Origin: the human T2T-CHM13v2.0 reference genome, Homo sapiens
Direction: 5' to 3' (one strand)
NCBI RefSeq assembly: GCF_009914755.1
Contig: NC_060947.1
Length of the DNA stretch: 64,000 nt
Both the position numbers and the translations under genes were made by a program. The notes beneath the pieces were generated by a model that did not search any database, was not told the DNA's origin, and was given only the letters and a program-made list of their open reading frames with translations. Positions 27,109 through 41,187 of this stretch are shown in pieces. How positions within the stretch are numbered: the first letter of the stretch is position 1; each line of letters begins with the position of its first letter.

Positions 27109-27316
27109 TAAAAAGGAGAAGAAGAAAGAAGAAGAGGGAGAAGAAGAAGGAAGAACAAGAGGGAGAAGAACAAAGAGGAGGAGGAGGAGAAAGAAGAAGA
27201 AAGAAGAAAAGAAGAAAAAAGAAAGAAAGAAGAAGAAAGAAGAAAGAAGGAGGAGGAGAGGAAGGAGAAGAAGAAAAAAAAGAAGGTGCAGGAAAAGGAG
27301 GAGAAGGAAAAGAAGA
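27109..27316. repeat. (GAA)n/(GGA)n polypurine low-complexity tract
   Basis: Directly visible. Confidence 0.96.
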
Positions 27317-28024
27317 CAAACCCACTTCTTTACACATTATGATGAGGTAGTCCTAGGACACTGGCTTAATGACAGAACTAAATGATGAGACAAAATTATT
27401 TGCCAAGACATTTTCTTTACACTGGCTTATTATGCCCTATTGATGAGAGGTTTCTAGCCATAATAATACAAGTCTTTGTCATGTAAGAAAACAAAAAAGC
27501 AAGTCTTTGCAAATAGTGGGTTTTCCCTTAAGTTAAAGGGCAGTCTTTGATTTGTTTACTTCCATTCTTTATCCAATTGCTGCTACCCTGCTGGCACCAC
27601 CCTGCAAGTGTCCCAGATGACTTCCCACCTGCTTATAACAACAGCTTGTTTGGGGGCCTCTGAGAAACATTTGACTTTGAGAGACCTCCTGCTTTCCAGA
27701 ACTCTATAGTCCCACATGATTTCTCTCTGCTCTTCATTCATTCCATATTTGTTTTTCTTTTTTATTTTAATCCTACTGCTCATTTTCCCTTGTTGTCATT
27801 GTCACCAAAGTCTTCAGCCCCATTTCAGTTCACTTCGGTAGCATCAACTCTCACTTATAAGTATCAACCTTGCCAAGCTTTGGTTGTTTCTTTCTGAAAA
27901 CACTGCAGAAAGGCTAGCTGAGGCCAACTTGAATTCTCCCTGACGTATTGAAATGCTTCCATCACATTAAGCAGCTATACCAAATGCTTAAAAAAAAAAA
28001 AGGCTCACTGTGGGGAGGCAATGT

Positions 28025-28325
28025 TGTGGTGGATACTATGGTGTGCCACCTGAATCTTCCGGCTTTCCTGCTTCAGGACTGAAGCACTCATTCCCCCAGC
28101 TGCTGGAAGTATTGTCAGCTGAAGGCTCTTTGCTAAGATCCTCTCCCAGAAATTTAGAATTTCTTGTAGTCACCCTGGCCCAGGGTAATTCCCTGTCTCC
28201 TGGGACAATGTGCTTCTGGTAACTTCTCTCACACCCTACAGTGTTGATGCCACAGGTACTCCCTTGTAAACTTCCTGCAGGTAAATCTCCACCTTAGAGT
28301 CTATTTCCAGGAACTGACCCAAATA
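28025..28325 (+). mobile_element. ERVL LTR16/LTR33-like LTR
   Basis: tgtggtggatac start; aaatctccaccttagagtctatttccaggaac end. Confidence 0.6.
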
Positions 28326-28602
28326 GATGAATATTAATTTGAGCATTTGGGGCTAAAACAAAATAACATTGTCACAAATCCTATCCTCCAAGCGTAGGAT
28401 ATTTTAAGGACTGGACATCAAGGAACCAGTTTAATAACATTGCTAAAGTTATTTTGTCTGGAATCAGATTGTGCAAGCTTGCAACCTGGATTTATACCTT
28501 ACCAGAGCTATGGCTTTACCATATTTTTGTTCAGTGTAACATGCCTCCTTCCCTTGCGTATATAATGGCAATGATAGTATTGCCTATGCCAACATAGCCG
28601 AC

Positions 28603-28770
28603 GTCAAAATCACATAGAGAGCTTGTTGAAATACAGATGGTCAAGCCCCACCCCAGAGTGTCTGATTCAGTAGTTCTAAAATGGGGCCTGAGAACGGGCA
28701 TTTCTAACAAACTCCCAAGTGATGCTGATGCTGCTGATCTGAGAACCATCCTTTGAGATTCATGGCCACA
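28603..28770. mobile_element. MER5A (hAT-Charlie)
   Basis: gcatttctaacaaactcccaagtgatgctgatgctgctg hallmark. Confidence 0.85.
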
Positions 28771-28843
28771 AGTTTACATAGAGATAAAATGAGAGAACAA
28801 TTGCAACGTCCTGAGCTTCAGGCATAGTAAGTGTTCAAAACCT

Positions 28844-29024
28844 GGCCAGATGGGGTGGTACATGCCTGTGGTCCCAGATACTAAGGAGGCTAAGGAAGGA
28901 GGAGTACTTGAACTCAGGAGTTCGAGGCCGCAGTGTACTGATGATCATGTCTGTGAATAGCCACTACACTTCAGCCTGGACAACATAGCAAGACCTCATC
29001 TCCTAAAAACAATAACAACAACAA
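28844..29024 (+). mobile_element. FAM (fossil Alu monomer)
   Basis: Monomer retaining the 7SL-like tgtgaatagccact motif; (AAC)n tail. Confidence 0.8.
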
Positions 29025-30399
29025 TCTTAGTTGTCTTATCTGTTATTGGGAAAGCAGTAATTTTCCACTTATGAACTTTGTACTGAACCTCTGCCTAAAG
29101 ACAGTTTCCAGAAATGAGAAAAACACAGAAAAGCAATAACATCCAAGGAACAGATGGTTGTGAAGAAATTCCACAGACCGTAGTTAACCAGGGCTAACCA
29201 ATAATTACAAATATGTCAGAGGAATATTAAAAAACAAGCTGAAGATCACCTTCTTTGAATGGGAACAACGTAATACTAACTGCATCTTTGACTAGAGCCT
29301 AGCCTTGCATAGTGCCATCAGCACCCCTGTTCAAACTCGTATTTCTCCTTTTCTAATTTCAAGCTGTCAGAGTGGGGCTTGTAGAGGGGAGGTAGGGCAT
29401 GAATTAATTATTTCTGGCTCAATGGTTTATGTCATTGAGAAAGATAATTTTAATAAATCAAAATATTTTTCTAGTTAAGTTGGTTTAATTATTTCAAATG
29501 CTACTTTTTATTCATGACAAGTGGAATAATTCAATTCAGGCAATTAACTACATTCCAATATAAAGCCCCTCCCTCTTCAATTCCACCCAAAAGGTGGTTC
29601 CATGAAGCCTGTACCCGAGGTAACAAATAATATCTGTTCATTGGGGTTGCAGCAGGAACTCATTAGCAAGGATTTTAGGTTCTTCTCTTTGTTTCCCTAC
29701 AGCTCTGATCCAATAAGACTTTGATTAAAATCTAACAAACATTTTCTGAGTTTCTACTATGGGTCAGACCTTGTGCTAATTACTTATCCAAATGTATCTT
29801 GTTTAATCCTCACAACAATAAGCAAATCTAATACTATGCAGTACGCTGATAGAGGCTTAATATTATAATACAATGAAATAAAGCCTGCAGGAAGCACAAA
29901 AACATCAGAAATTTCTACCCATCTCTTATTTGCAGTGAGTGATTTGCTATTTCTTTTAAAGAAAAATTGGTTTAGATGTCAGGCATATGGACACTGACTT
30001 TCATTTTATTCCTTTTTTTAGTATAGCTCAATGGCTTGCAAAGTCTTGTGTGTATATCAATTAATATAAAAAATTGTACATTCAGAACCAGATGTACCAT
30101 ACCTTATGGTTGATTTAAGGGTCTTTCAAGGATATTTTTGACTATAGGGAATTTTCATCTCTACGGCTGACTTCCAAAACTCATTCCTTTATAAAATGAG
30201 ACTTTTATGTATATTTTAAGCAAAAAATTTCTGGCTCTCTGAATCCTAAGCATGCCAATATGACTTTTGCTTTTTTTCATATAGTACAGAAATGAACCTC
30301 AGTCAGGAATAAAGCTGGGACTGCTGAGGGGATGGCCCTAAAGAAGTGTCATCCACTTGACTCAGACTTGAAGAAAACCTTCATGATTATATTAGAGTT

Positions 30400-31315
30400 A
30401 TTTTCATCAATTTATTCAGCAAATATTTATTTGGCATTGAATACATGGCAGGTACTGCTCTAAGTGCTGGGAACACAGCAGTATATTATGCACGAATTGC
30501 TGCTCTCAGGAAGTTTACATTTTAGAATCTGAAGAGACAGACAAATACCAGATAAATATATATGTAATATGTCATGATGCATTTCATCATATGAAAGGAA
30601 TAGAGAGTTCCTGTAGAGGCATTATTTTATTTAACACCATCGGAGAAGGAGGAGAATAACATCCCAAAAACAAAGTGAAAAAAGTATTTTACATAGGAGA
30701 GAGTAACCACCTCCATTGTATGCAGATGGCGAATCCAATAAGATGAAAACTGAGAAATGATCATTGGATTTGGCAATAGAAAAGTCATTGTTGACCTTGA
30801 CAAAAAAGTTTTGGTGGACTGATGGGGATGAAAGTCTGATCAGAGTGAGCTCAAGTGAAAATAAGAGAAGTGAAGAGAGTAAATAAGAAAAGTCTACCTG
30901 GGAGTTTTGTTATAAATGGCCATAAAAAATGGTATGGGCAACTAAGAGAGAGAAACATGGTATATCTGCATGCTGAGAAGACTGATCCAGTGGAGATGGA
31001 GAGGGAAAAACTGATGATGCAAGAGAAAGGAGGACACATCCAGGACCCCTGTTTTTGAATAAGTAGTAAAGAATGAGAATACATGCACAAGTAGAGGGTT
31101 TGGCCTTATACGAGATGATAAATAGCTAGTTTTTGTGACACAAGGAAGATGTAGAAGAAAGACACAGATATAGGAAACTGAAGATGAATTTGGTGGAAAG
31201 ATATCAATGTTTACTTTGGAATGTTTCTATTTCCTCAGTGAAATAAAAAGCAAAACCATCTATTGCGAACAAGAAAAGGCAGGAGATATTGGTGGTTTGT
31301 GGAAAGAGAAAAGGG
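30400..31315 (-). mobile_element. L2 fragment
   Basis: ttattcagcaaatatttatt...; tcattggatttggcaatag...ttgaccttgaca. Confidence 0.75.
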
Positions 31316-31980
31316 CCTAAGAATAATCATCTAAAAGAACGGGAGAATAAATCGATTTGGAAAAAAATAGAATTTCCTGGCAGTTCTAAGGGTGCATTGG
31401 AAGTCAATGCACATGTAAATTGCATCTGGTGAGCAGGCTGGCACAAAGCCAGTCTCCAGAATGGCAGGCAGGATGGTGGTGCTAGGATGTTGTACCTCTG
31501 TCTGAGAGCATGCTGTGTTATTTCCTGCTTTATGTAACCATCTCCATAAATTTCTATGACTTTTGCCATGAAATAAAGTTGACATCCTCTAGCAGTGACT
31601 GATTGCCTCTTTGCATCAATCACAACACTGTCCATTGTGACAAGCAAGCAAGGAGAGACTAGCTCCAGATAGAAGCCAAGTAACCCAGATGCTCTTAATA
31701 GAAAAAATCTAAGGCTATTTTCATCAAAATACTTCCCCTGAATTAAGTAAGAGACGATATCCCTCCATGTGTTCTAGGGAAGTCTCTGAAACCCATTTCT
31801 CATTACACAGTTACATGGCTGTCAATATCTGTTTCATAACACAACTCAAACTAAGAGTACTTCTAAAATGGGATCCTTCTTGCCAACATCTCAACTTTGG
31901 TTCTGGGATACCATGGTTCAATTTATTTATTTCAACTAAAACTGTCTTAAAAACAAACAAAAACTCATCAGTTGTAGCAC

Positions 31981-32453
31981 TGTATCAGTTCAGTTTCTCC
32001 AGAAAGCAAGTGCCAAAACAGAATTAGAAGTGTGAGAGATGTCCTGGGGGGAATTTCTGAGCAGGATAAAGGGGGAGGGAGCAGGAGTGGTTGGGGGGGC
32101 CTTCAGACCAGAAGGCAGGGCTGACCCCTGTGGAAGGAGAGAGAAAGGAAGGAAGGGTGGGTAGGGAGAGCCTCAGCCAGCAGCGCAGCTCTGAGAAAGT
32201 CTCAGCCAGGTTGATGGGGAGACCCAGAACACAGGCTGCCCATCAAAAGAGATTTCATATTAGGCTGGAATGACCCAACTCTACTTGCCCCCAGCCCCAG
32301 GCCACGCTCTGTCATCAAGTAGCAACAGCATGGCAAGGGTGGAATACTGCAGGGGACCTGAAGTTGTGGCAACTGGAGTGTCAGGCAATGGCTCTCCTCA
32401 CGCAGGTTCTCTTCTGTAGGGTGATCCGTATGTGCACTTTCATGGCTGCCACA
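31981..32453 (-). mobile_element. ERVL solo LTR (LTR33/LTR16-like)
   Basis: tgtatcagttcagtttctccagaaagca...catggctgccaca with TG/CA ends. Confidence 0.7.
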
Positions 32454-32821
32454 ATCATCTACATTATCCTTATTCCCAATGCTAATTTTTTATTTTGACA
32501 ATCATTACCAACAAAGCATATTCTGGATTTCTACAAGCTTCAATATGTCAGGGGTCTTACTTACACTGTTTTCTCTCTCTGCCTCTCCTTTTCTCCTCTG
32601 TCAGGTTATCTTCTACTCAATCTTGAATAATTAGTCACATAATGCTTCTTTTATGACTTCTTCCATACCCCATTCCCTTTATGTCCCCCATAGATTTTGA
32701 TGATGCTTCTAGTAAAGCATTTATAATATGTTCGTAAGGTGTTTGTATGTTCTATAGTGTTAGATGTAAAAACTCCTTTCGAAAAGAAAGCATGTTTTAT
32801 TTTATTCTCATCCTTCTAATG

Positions 32822-33062
32822 CCATGGTTCCCAAACTGTATGCCTAAGTGCCCAAAAGTGCTGCAGAGAAGTCACAAGGGGTGTCCCGGGGTAATTTAAA
32901 TTCTCAAGGAAAATAGAATGATACAGTATGAACTATGACTATTAAGGTACCTGGACCTAAGCACTTAATAAGCACTATTGCATATTTCCTTGGCCTAGTG
33001 TTGCCATGAAAAATCAATTGAGACACTAAGGTGCTAGGAGCTGAGAAAATTTGAAAAACTGT
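32822..33062. mobile_element. hAT-Charlie-type MITE
   Basis: Inverted ends catggttcccaaac and tttgaaaaactgt. Confidence 0.55.
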
Positions 33063-33699
33063 ACTCTCAATGAGCACAGTACTTGGCACATAACATCTGT
33101 TTGGTAAATGACTTGACTACTGACTTTAGATAATTTACCTCACCTGTACACATTTATTTAGCCCATACACTCTCTGTGCCAGGTATCACTCCAAGTACTT
33201 TATGTGCATTGTGTCATTTATCCTTCCAACAGCCCTGGGAGGTAATAATATTGTCCTCTTCATTGTAAAGATTTGGAAAATAACACATGGAGTAATGAAG
33301 TAAGTTTTACAAGCCCACACAAGTAAAACGTTGTATGTTTAAAAAGTGAATTCCAAAGCCACCACATACTACATATAATCTCCCAAAAGATTTTTAAAAT
33401 AACAAATGATGAAGTTGATGGAAAATAATAAAATCGCATTCACTTTACTGCAGTATATAAAGTGACGTTTTCAGAGTTAAATAGAGGAATCCATTATTGA
33501 ATATTTCTTCAACAACTATTCTGGAGTGTCTGCTGGGTGTAAAATACAACGAGGGATACAAAGATGAATAAAGAAATAGTTCTGAAACTGACAACTTTGA
33601 AGCAAAGTGATTTTCACAAGTTTCCTATTTTCAAGATACTTTGTAATTCTAGTATCAGTCTGCTAATGAACCTTTCCTCTTATGTCTACGTTTTCTCAG

Positions 33700-33913
33700 A
33701 GACATTCCTAGGAACTCAGTTTTGTCCCTTCAATTAGCTTCTTCAGACTGAGGTTGAAATTTTTACAATCTACGCCAGCAACTGAACCCACTTTACTCTG
33801 CGCAACTAAAAGGGAATCTTCTCTCCTTCCTCTCCTTCCTAATTTAAGAGGGGCTCCTAGTTGATAAATAAACAGCAGCAGAGGCCATAGGGATCCATGC
33901 ATATTAAAAGTTG
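33700..33913 (+). other. Candidate non-coding exon (214 nt)
   Basis: Branch-like ctaat (33663), long pyrimidine tract ending ttttctcag, donor TTG|gtaagc. Confidence 0.3.
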
Positions 33914-35194
33914 GTAAGCAGCAAGAAGGGGTAAGAGTTTTGCTGCTCTCAATTAGTAGGGATGGGAGTAACAGGAAAACAAGAGTTAGTCACTTTGTAC
34001 AAGTAACTCATCAAGTAACCAATATCAGAATCATAAGAGGTCTTTTGAAATAGAGTCTGGAGCTTCACTTCTGACCCCCAAAATCCGAGTCTTGTCTGCC
34101 TTCCAAATGAGTCTCACACTCCCTAAAATTAAACTAGGCCAAATCCAGTACATTTGTACTAAAAATTCAGATTTTGCTATATGCTTATAGTCTGCAACTG
34201 GTTAAGGTCAAACTGTCGGCTACAAGTTTTATACTGTTCTGAGAGATAGGAAATCTGGTGTCCAGTTAGATTCTTATGCTGATTCTGTGTTTAACCTAGA
34301 GCAAGTTACTTAACCAGACTGAGTCGGAGATTTCACTTGAGTCAAATGGCCATTTTACAACCTTGACGTTCTATGATTGTATTCTGCTGAACACAGTCAC
34401 AAAATAATTTGAGAGGCTATTATTGGAGCCTTTAAAAACAGGAGAAGGTGTTATATAGATTATGTAAATAAAATAAGATAAACATAAAACTGAAAATATA
34501 GAAGAAAACTTTCAGAAGGTACAATTTTCAGCCCTGCATAAGCACGTATCCAAAGCCTTCTGGAATTCTGTATAAATAAATGTAAAATAAGGGACTTACT
34601 TTTATACTGAAATTACAATAATGCAAAAAAAACCAGACTGAGTTAATATCTATCTGGACAAATTGATGAATTCTATATTGTCTTATGTGATATATGTGAT
34701 GTTATTAATATCAGTGAAGACATAGGATAAATTGAGGAATACAGTAAATAATTTTATCATTGTGTAATCATATTTCATTGCTTGATTATATTTCAAATCC
34801 ATTTAAATTTTTGATGTAACAATGCCAATTTAACCTGTTACCACAAATATCAATGCAGTGCTGGTGATAGATAAGAAGATATAAACACTGGCTTTTCAAG
34901 TCTGTAATTCCTTTTCTTAGAACATTTCAAATCATCAGGAAAAGTAAACAACCAGATAGAGAAGGTTAATGTAAATTTCTAGCTGAGATTTCCAAGTGGA
35001 AATTAAGTTCTCCACTATCCTTCCTACCTTGGTGGTGGTGTGGAAGGTTGAAATGGAGGCCAATAAGTTGAAAAAATTAAGCCCTTTTAGAATCTACATT
35101 CTTAAAATGGAAGGCAGTTTTGGGGAATATGGCTGTGGAAACCACCTCTGAGAGTCTCTTGATGCTTTAAAAGTAGATGTAGAAAACTATAGAT

Positions 35195-37925
35195 AAAAAT
35201 CTGTCATGAACATAGAAGCAAAAACTTTTCACAAACTTGAGGCAAAAATCTTCAAAAATACCTTAACAAATTGAACCCAGCACTATATAAGAAGAACAGA
35301 AGCCACAAACAGATGAAGTTTATTCTAGAAATGCAAGGCTGATTTATTATTTGAAAAATTAATAAATGCAATATACTATATCAACTGAGTAAAAAAGAAA
35401 AATAACATTGGTCATATCAATCAATGCAGAAAAATATTTGATAAAATTCAATATCCATTTATTTTTTTTTTGAAACTTTCAGCAAAGTAGGAAAAATGGG
35501 GAACTTTTTCAGGTTGGTGAGGAAAATCTACAAAACATAAACAACAACAAACTATAGCTAATATTGTACTTAAAGGCGAAAGATTGATTTCCCCCAAAGA
35601 TTGAAAACAAGGCAAGGTTGTTAACACTACCACTCATATTCAATATCATATAGAAAGATCTAGCTATTGCAATCAGACAAGAAAAGGAAATGAAGGCATG
35701 CAGATTGGATAGAAAGAATTAAATCCTATTTTCCAATGACACCATTGTCTGTGTACAAAACACCAAGTAATCTACAAAAATCTACAAAATAAAATCAAGG
35801 CTACACAAAATCTCCTAGAACTGATAAGTGACTTTGGGAAAGTCACTAGATATAGGCTGAACACACAAAAATCAATTGTATTCCTATATACTAACAACAA
35901 ACTCATGGAAACCAAAATTAAAACCACAATCATTTATAATTGAATGAAAAAACAAAAAGGATATCTAACAAAACACATACAGGATCTGTGCACTGAAGGT
36001 ACAAAATACTGAGGAAAGAAGGCAAAGAAGATCTTAATGAATGGAGAGACATATTATGTTCATGGATTAAAAGATTCACCATAGTAAAGATGTCAGTTTT
36101 CCCCAACTTGATCTGTAGGTTTATTGCAATTCCTATCAAAGTTTCAGGAAAGTTTTTTTTTTTTTCAAATATAGATAAGTATAGTCTAAAGTTTATATAA
36201 AGAGGCAAAGGAACTAGAATAGCTATTACAATTTTGACAAAGATTTAAGTGAGAGAAACCTGAGGTTATGACTTACTATATAGCTACAGCAATCAAGATA
36301 GTGTGTTATTGGAGAAGGAGTAGACACATAGATCAATGCAACAGAAAACAGAACCCAGAAATAGACCAACATAAATATACTCAATTGATTTTTGACAAAA
36401 GTATAAAAGCAATTCCATGAAGGAAGGATAGTTTTTTCAACAAATTGTGCTGGAACAATAGGACATCCATAGGCAAAAAACAACAACAACAACAACAACA
36501 AAACCCACCTTGATCTAATTCTGTATCACACTGTACACAAAAATTAATTCAAAATGGATTATGAATTTAAATGTAAAAGATAAAACTATAAAATTTTTAG
36601 AAGAAAACATATCTTTGGGACATAATACTAGGCAAAAAGCTAGTGCTTAGATAAGACACCAAAAATATATTCCACTTTAAAAAATGTATAAATTGGACTT
36701 CATCAATATTAAAAACTTTTTTACTGTTTTGTAAAAACAGTACTGCAAAAGACCCTATTGTGAACATGAAAAGACAAGCTATTGACTGGAAGAAAATATT
36801 TGTAAATCTTATATCTGAAAAAGGTCTTATATCTAAAATATATAAATAACGCTCAAAACTCAACAGTTTGCTCTTTTACAAATAAATATAGATTTCAATT
36901 GCAAAATGGGAAAAAACACGAAAAATATTCTACAAAGAGAAGACACAGATGGACATAAACACAGGAAGTGTTCAAAATCATTATCTGTTAGGTAAATGCA
37001 AATTAAAATCACAATGAAATATCACTACACAACTTTTAGAAAGCTAAAATTAAAAACTAATGCTAATACTAAATGCTAACAAGGATGTGAAGAAACTAGA
37101 TCTCCCATACATTGCTGGTTGGAATGTCAAATGGTACAGGCACTCTAGAAAATAGTTTGGTAGTTTCTTACAAAAGTAAACATGTGCTTACGTGACATAG
37201 CAATCACACTGTTGGACATGATCTCAGAGAAATGAAAATGTGTGTTCACACAAAAACCTATACATGAATATTCACAGTGGCTTTATTCATAGTAGTAAAA
37301 TGCTACAAACAACTCAAATGTCCTTCAGTGAGAGAACGGTTGAAAAAAACTGTGGTACATGCATACACTGGAATACTACACAGCAATAAAGAGGAATGAA
37401 CTAAAGATATATGCAACCCAATTGGACTTTACAGGCATTATGCTCAGTGAAGAATATCTCAAAGGTTGCATATGTATAATTCCATTTATAGACCATCCTT
37501 GAAATGACAAAACTATCAAAATGAATAACAGAGTAGTGGTTGTCAGGGGACAAGGATAGGAGTTGGGTGGGCTATGGGTGCAAATTCAAGAAGGTAGTGT
37601 GAGGGAGTTCTTTTGTGGTGATGGAACAGTTCTGTGTTTTGATTGTGTTGCTAGTTATACCAATATATACAAAAATCATATAGGAATATATATGCATACA
37701 CACATACACATAAATAAATACAGATTTTAAAAATGGTGAAAATTGTAAAAGGTCTGTATTTTTTTTGTTAACAGCAATGTACCAATGTCCATTTTCTGGT
37801 TTGATATTGTGCTATACATCTATATGATGTCTCCATTGGGGGAAGCTGTGGAGGGGTACATGGGACCCTTTGTACTCTTTGAAATTTCCCATGAATTTGC
37901 TTTCAAAATAAAATGTTTTTAAAAA
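35195..37925 (+). mobile_element. L1MC/L1MD-type LINE, 3' about 2.7 kb of ORF2 and 3' UTR
   Basis: Continuous degenerate ORF2 (tcaatcaatgcagaaaaatatttgataaaattcaa; catacattgctggttggaatgt) and a 3' end tttcaaaataaaatgtttttaaaaa. Confidence 0.9.
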
Positions 37926-38129
37926 ATGTAAATGTAATAAAATGAACTTTTCTTACACAAATACACATACCTGGCGTGTTTGTAGAGCCCCAGAGTTATT
38001 CACTCCCTAGAAAAAGTGAAGAACAGGTTCAGGTCACTGGTATCAGATGATCAAAAGACTCTCCATTATAATATGTACTCTGGGATCTGTACAAAATCAG
38101 CAAATCAATTTGGCAGAACTAGATCATGA

Positions 38130-38560
38130 TTTAATATCAAGGCTCTTCATAACTACCTCTCAGTCTATCTTTCTAACCTCATCTCCATCCATTCACACAC
38201 ACAATATGACACGGGTAGATGAAATAGACTATTTGTTTTTCATCGAACAGAATGCATATTGTCAAAGCTCTGAGTTTTTCCTTCTTTCTTTTTCCAGGAA
38301 GGCCCTTTCCCTCATTCCCCACTAGTGAAATTCATGTGCATCCCTCTCAGAGGTCCTACCTTATTATAAGACCCCATCTTGGCCAGGCAAAATTATTTGC
38401 TTCCCCTTTACTGAAAAACTTACCACATTGTAAAAGAGAGTTGTTGGTTAGTTTGAACTTGTCCTTAAGAACATAAATTACCAGCGGGAGAGGACCTTAT
38501 CTTGTTCATCCCTAAGATACAGTGCCTGGCAGGTATGCACAATAGATCTTTTGATGAAAC
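38130..38560 (+). mobile_element. L2 3' fragment
   Basis: gggagaggaccttatcttgttcatc...cagtgcctggca. Confidence 0.55.
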
Positions 38561-38936
38561 TAATTTAATGTAATTAAAATTAAGACTGAAGAATTGTTGA
38601 CTTTACCGGTTGGCACATGGGTAGGCTATGTGAATAAAAAGTTTAGAGATAACAAGAATGAAGAAATGGATCCTTTCTCTCTACAGAGATAAGCCAAAAG
38701 CTAATAAAAGTGAAAAACTCATTAATGGCCTGGATTAGACAAGACTTGGCACGAAAACAAGAAAGGAAGAAGGCCTTTGTAAAGAGAAAAATGAAGGTTA
38801 GTCTCATTCAATTAAAAGGGTTCATAATGTGTAGGTAGGAGGAAAGGAGAATCCCTGAGACATGGGGACATATCATGTTATTATCTCACTTGGAAAAATG
38901 TTAACTCATTGTTGGTTGTTTTTCCTTAATAAACAG

Positions 38937-39054
38937 ACCAGTTGAGTCACAGAAACTGGAAAGAAAAAAACACTTAAGAGTTAAGAGAGAGGAGGAGTGG
39001 AAGAAAATATCCCCATGACAGATATTATAAGGATTTTGAGACGGACCTTAAAAT
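38937..39054 (+). other. Candidate non-coding exon (118 nt)
   Basis: ttaac branch-like site, acceptor tttttccttaataaacag, donor AAT|gtaagt. Confidence 0.25.
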
Positions 39055-41187
39055 GTAAGTGTGAGAGGTGGTGGTATGGAGAGGGCTTTTCTAGTGTAAG
39101 AAATAGTTGGGGCAAAGGCAAACATACAGGAAAGCCCAGCATGTTTTAAGCACATGGTAAGCACTCTAGTTTTACTGATACATTGGGAAATGGAGTAGTA
39201 GAATAAGAGACCAGTCATGCAGTGTGTCAGTTGAAAGAGATTTTACAGATTATTAAATCCAGCCCTCTCATTTTATACCTGGCAAAAAAAAACACAAAAA
39301 AAACAAAAAAAAACTGTTGTGCAGATTGTTGATGAGTCCTCAATCCCCCTCCCTCCCCCATATAGAACAGTTTTTGTCATCTCCAGAGGATGTAAGGGAC
39401 CCTGAGAAAGGTACCTTGAAATCACTACCATCCCAATTCTATTAGCAACACTGCCAAAAGAGTGTCTTCCGCATCATTTCCTGGTTGAGGTGAAGTAGCA
39501 AAGGTGAAGCAATATGTAGCCACCAACACCGATTGATTTACATGATAAGTGACTGGGTCAGGGGGTAAAGAAAAAGAGATGATCAAAGAATATCCCAAAT
39601 ACTCAGGTTTACATATTGGCACAAAAGCAACCCCCCTCTTTTCTTTGCTTCCTCCGTTGAAGTCCATCCACGTCTTTACTCATTATCTACTAGTACTGTC
39701 CTGGATACAGACAGGGTCGCTGGAAATTCTTAACAGTGCTGCCTCCTCCAGGGATCACAACAGGCTTGATCACACTGGCCACCCGCTTTGTCATCAGTAC
39801 CATCCTTCCTTATGTTTCATAATGTGAGTCTCTTTTTCCATGCATATACAAACTTTATTATGTTTCTGTGATTCACCTTTTGAAAAGAATCAGACATTTA
39901 CTTTCCATTTTAACTTTGTAACTGGTGTTAAGTTGACCTCGGTTTTCACTATCATGGTACTTTGCCATTCAAGGGAAGCCTAGTCTGCACCAAAACTGAA
40001 ACAAACACTACTTGTTTCTAAATTACTATTTAATTTTGAGCACACTAACATATTTTGTGGTCAGCTTTATCCCATATCATTTATTCTCCAACATAGTAAT
40101 AGATAATATTGTCAATGAGATACAGGCTTGTAATATAATATTTTTAAAGTAGAGGCCACTACTATTTGGGCTCTGAATTAGGCTGCTTTGAAGCACTGCT
40201 TTCATTTCTACCAAAACCCAAAAATGATGCTATTTCTCAGGGCAGCTTTGCCATATTAGTGTGTCTCAGCAGCCTGAGAAAGGCAAGATTTTAATAAACT
40301 GACAGAGAAAAGTTTTTCTTTCGAATAAATATAGTAAAAATAATGTCTTGTATAAATATATGCTTGTCTTAAATATTTTAAGCCAGATTATCCACAAATT
40401 AAGTGCATGTAAACATCAAGAACATTTTAATTTTGTGACTTTGATACCAAATCATTTTTTAAAAAAGAAAATGTTAAGTCCTAGAATTTAGATATCTAGT
40501 CTCATATACATGGGATTAATGCATCAGTTATCTTAAGACTGACTGACATTTTCTCTGCTGTTTTCCAGCATGCCTTTGGGCTACTTCATTATGTTTTATA
40601 AACTCTTTTGCTATCAGTTTGACATACACATTTTATAGGCAAATTGGGTTATTTAAAATGGCAAAAAAATTGGCAAAAATAAATCTATACAAGATGAGAT
40701 CAGTAAATACACCCAAGCAACTAAACTCTATGCAGATATTAAAAATAAATCAGCTAGCTGAACTTCCAGCAATGTTCTTTTCTTTCATTCATTCAAGAAA
40801 TATTTACTGACACTCCATTTTGTGCCCAAAACTGTGGTATGTACTGACAATCACTGGTGAGCAAAACACTGTCCCTGTTCTTATGTAACTTCCTCTAAAT
40901 TGACCAATAAATCATGTAAATATATAATCAAGATGTATAATAAATAAGTACCTTAGAAGGAAAGTATAAAATGATTTGGGAAAATATAACAGAGGTACCT
41001 GGTATCAACAGGGATAGAGAAGGCTTTTCTAAAGTAACTTTTAGGCTATAATAATGCTAATGAAAAAGTCTTTTAAAATTTGTTATATTTTTAATTGTGA
41101 AATCCTTCATGTTGGTCATTATTTTTGTGTGTGTGTTTGTTTTTCCCATTTGTTCCAAAATGCTCTGTGGAAACAAATCACTTATTA

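Noticed and set aside
26125-27385. K/E/R-rich and F/L/S-rich ORFs
   Set aside because: They are translations of the TTTC and GAA simple repeats, which lack stop codons by composition.
28844-29024. 7SL RNA gene
   Set aside because: It lacks most of the S domain, is diverged and has a tail, consistent with a FAM monomer.
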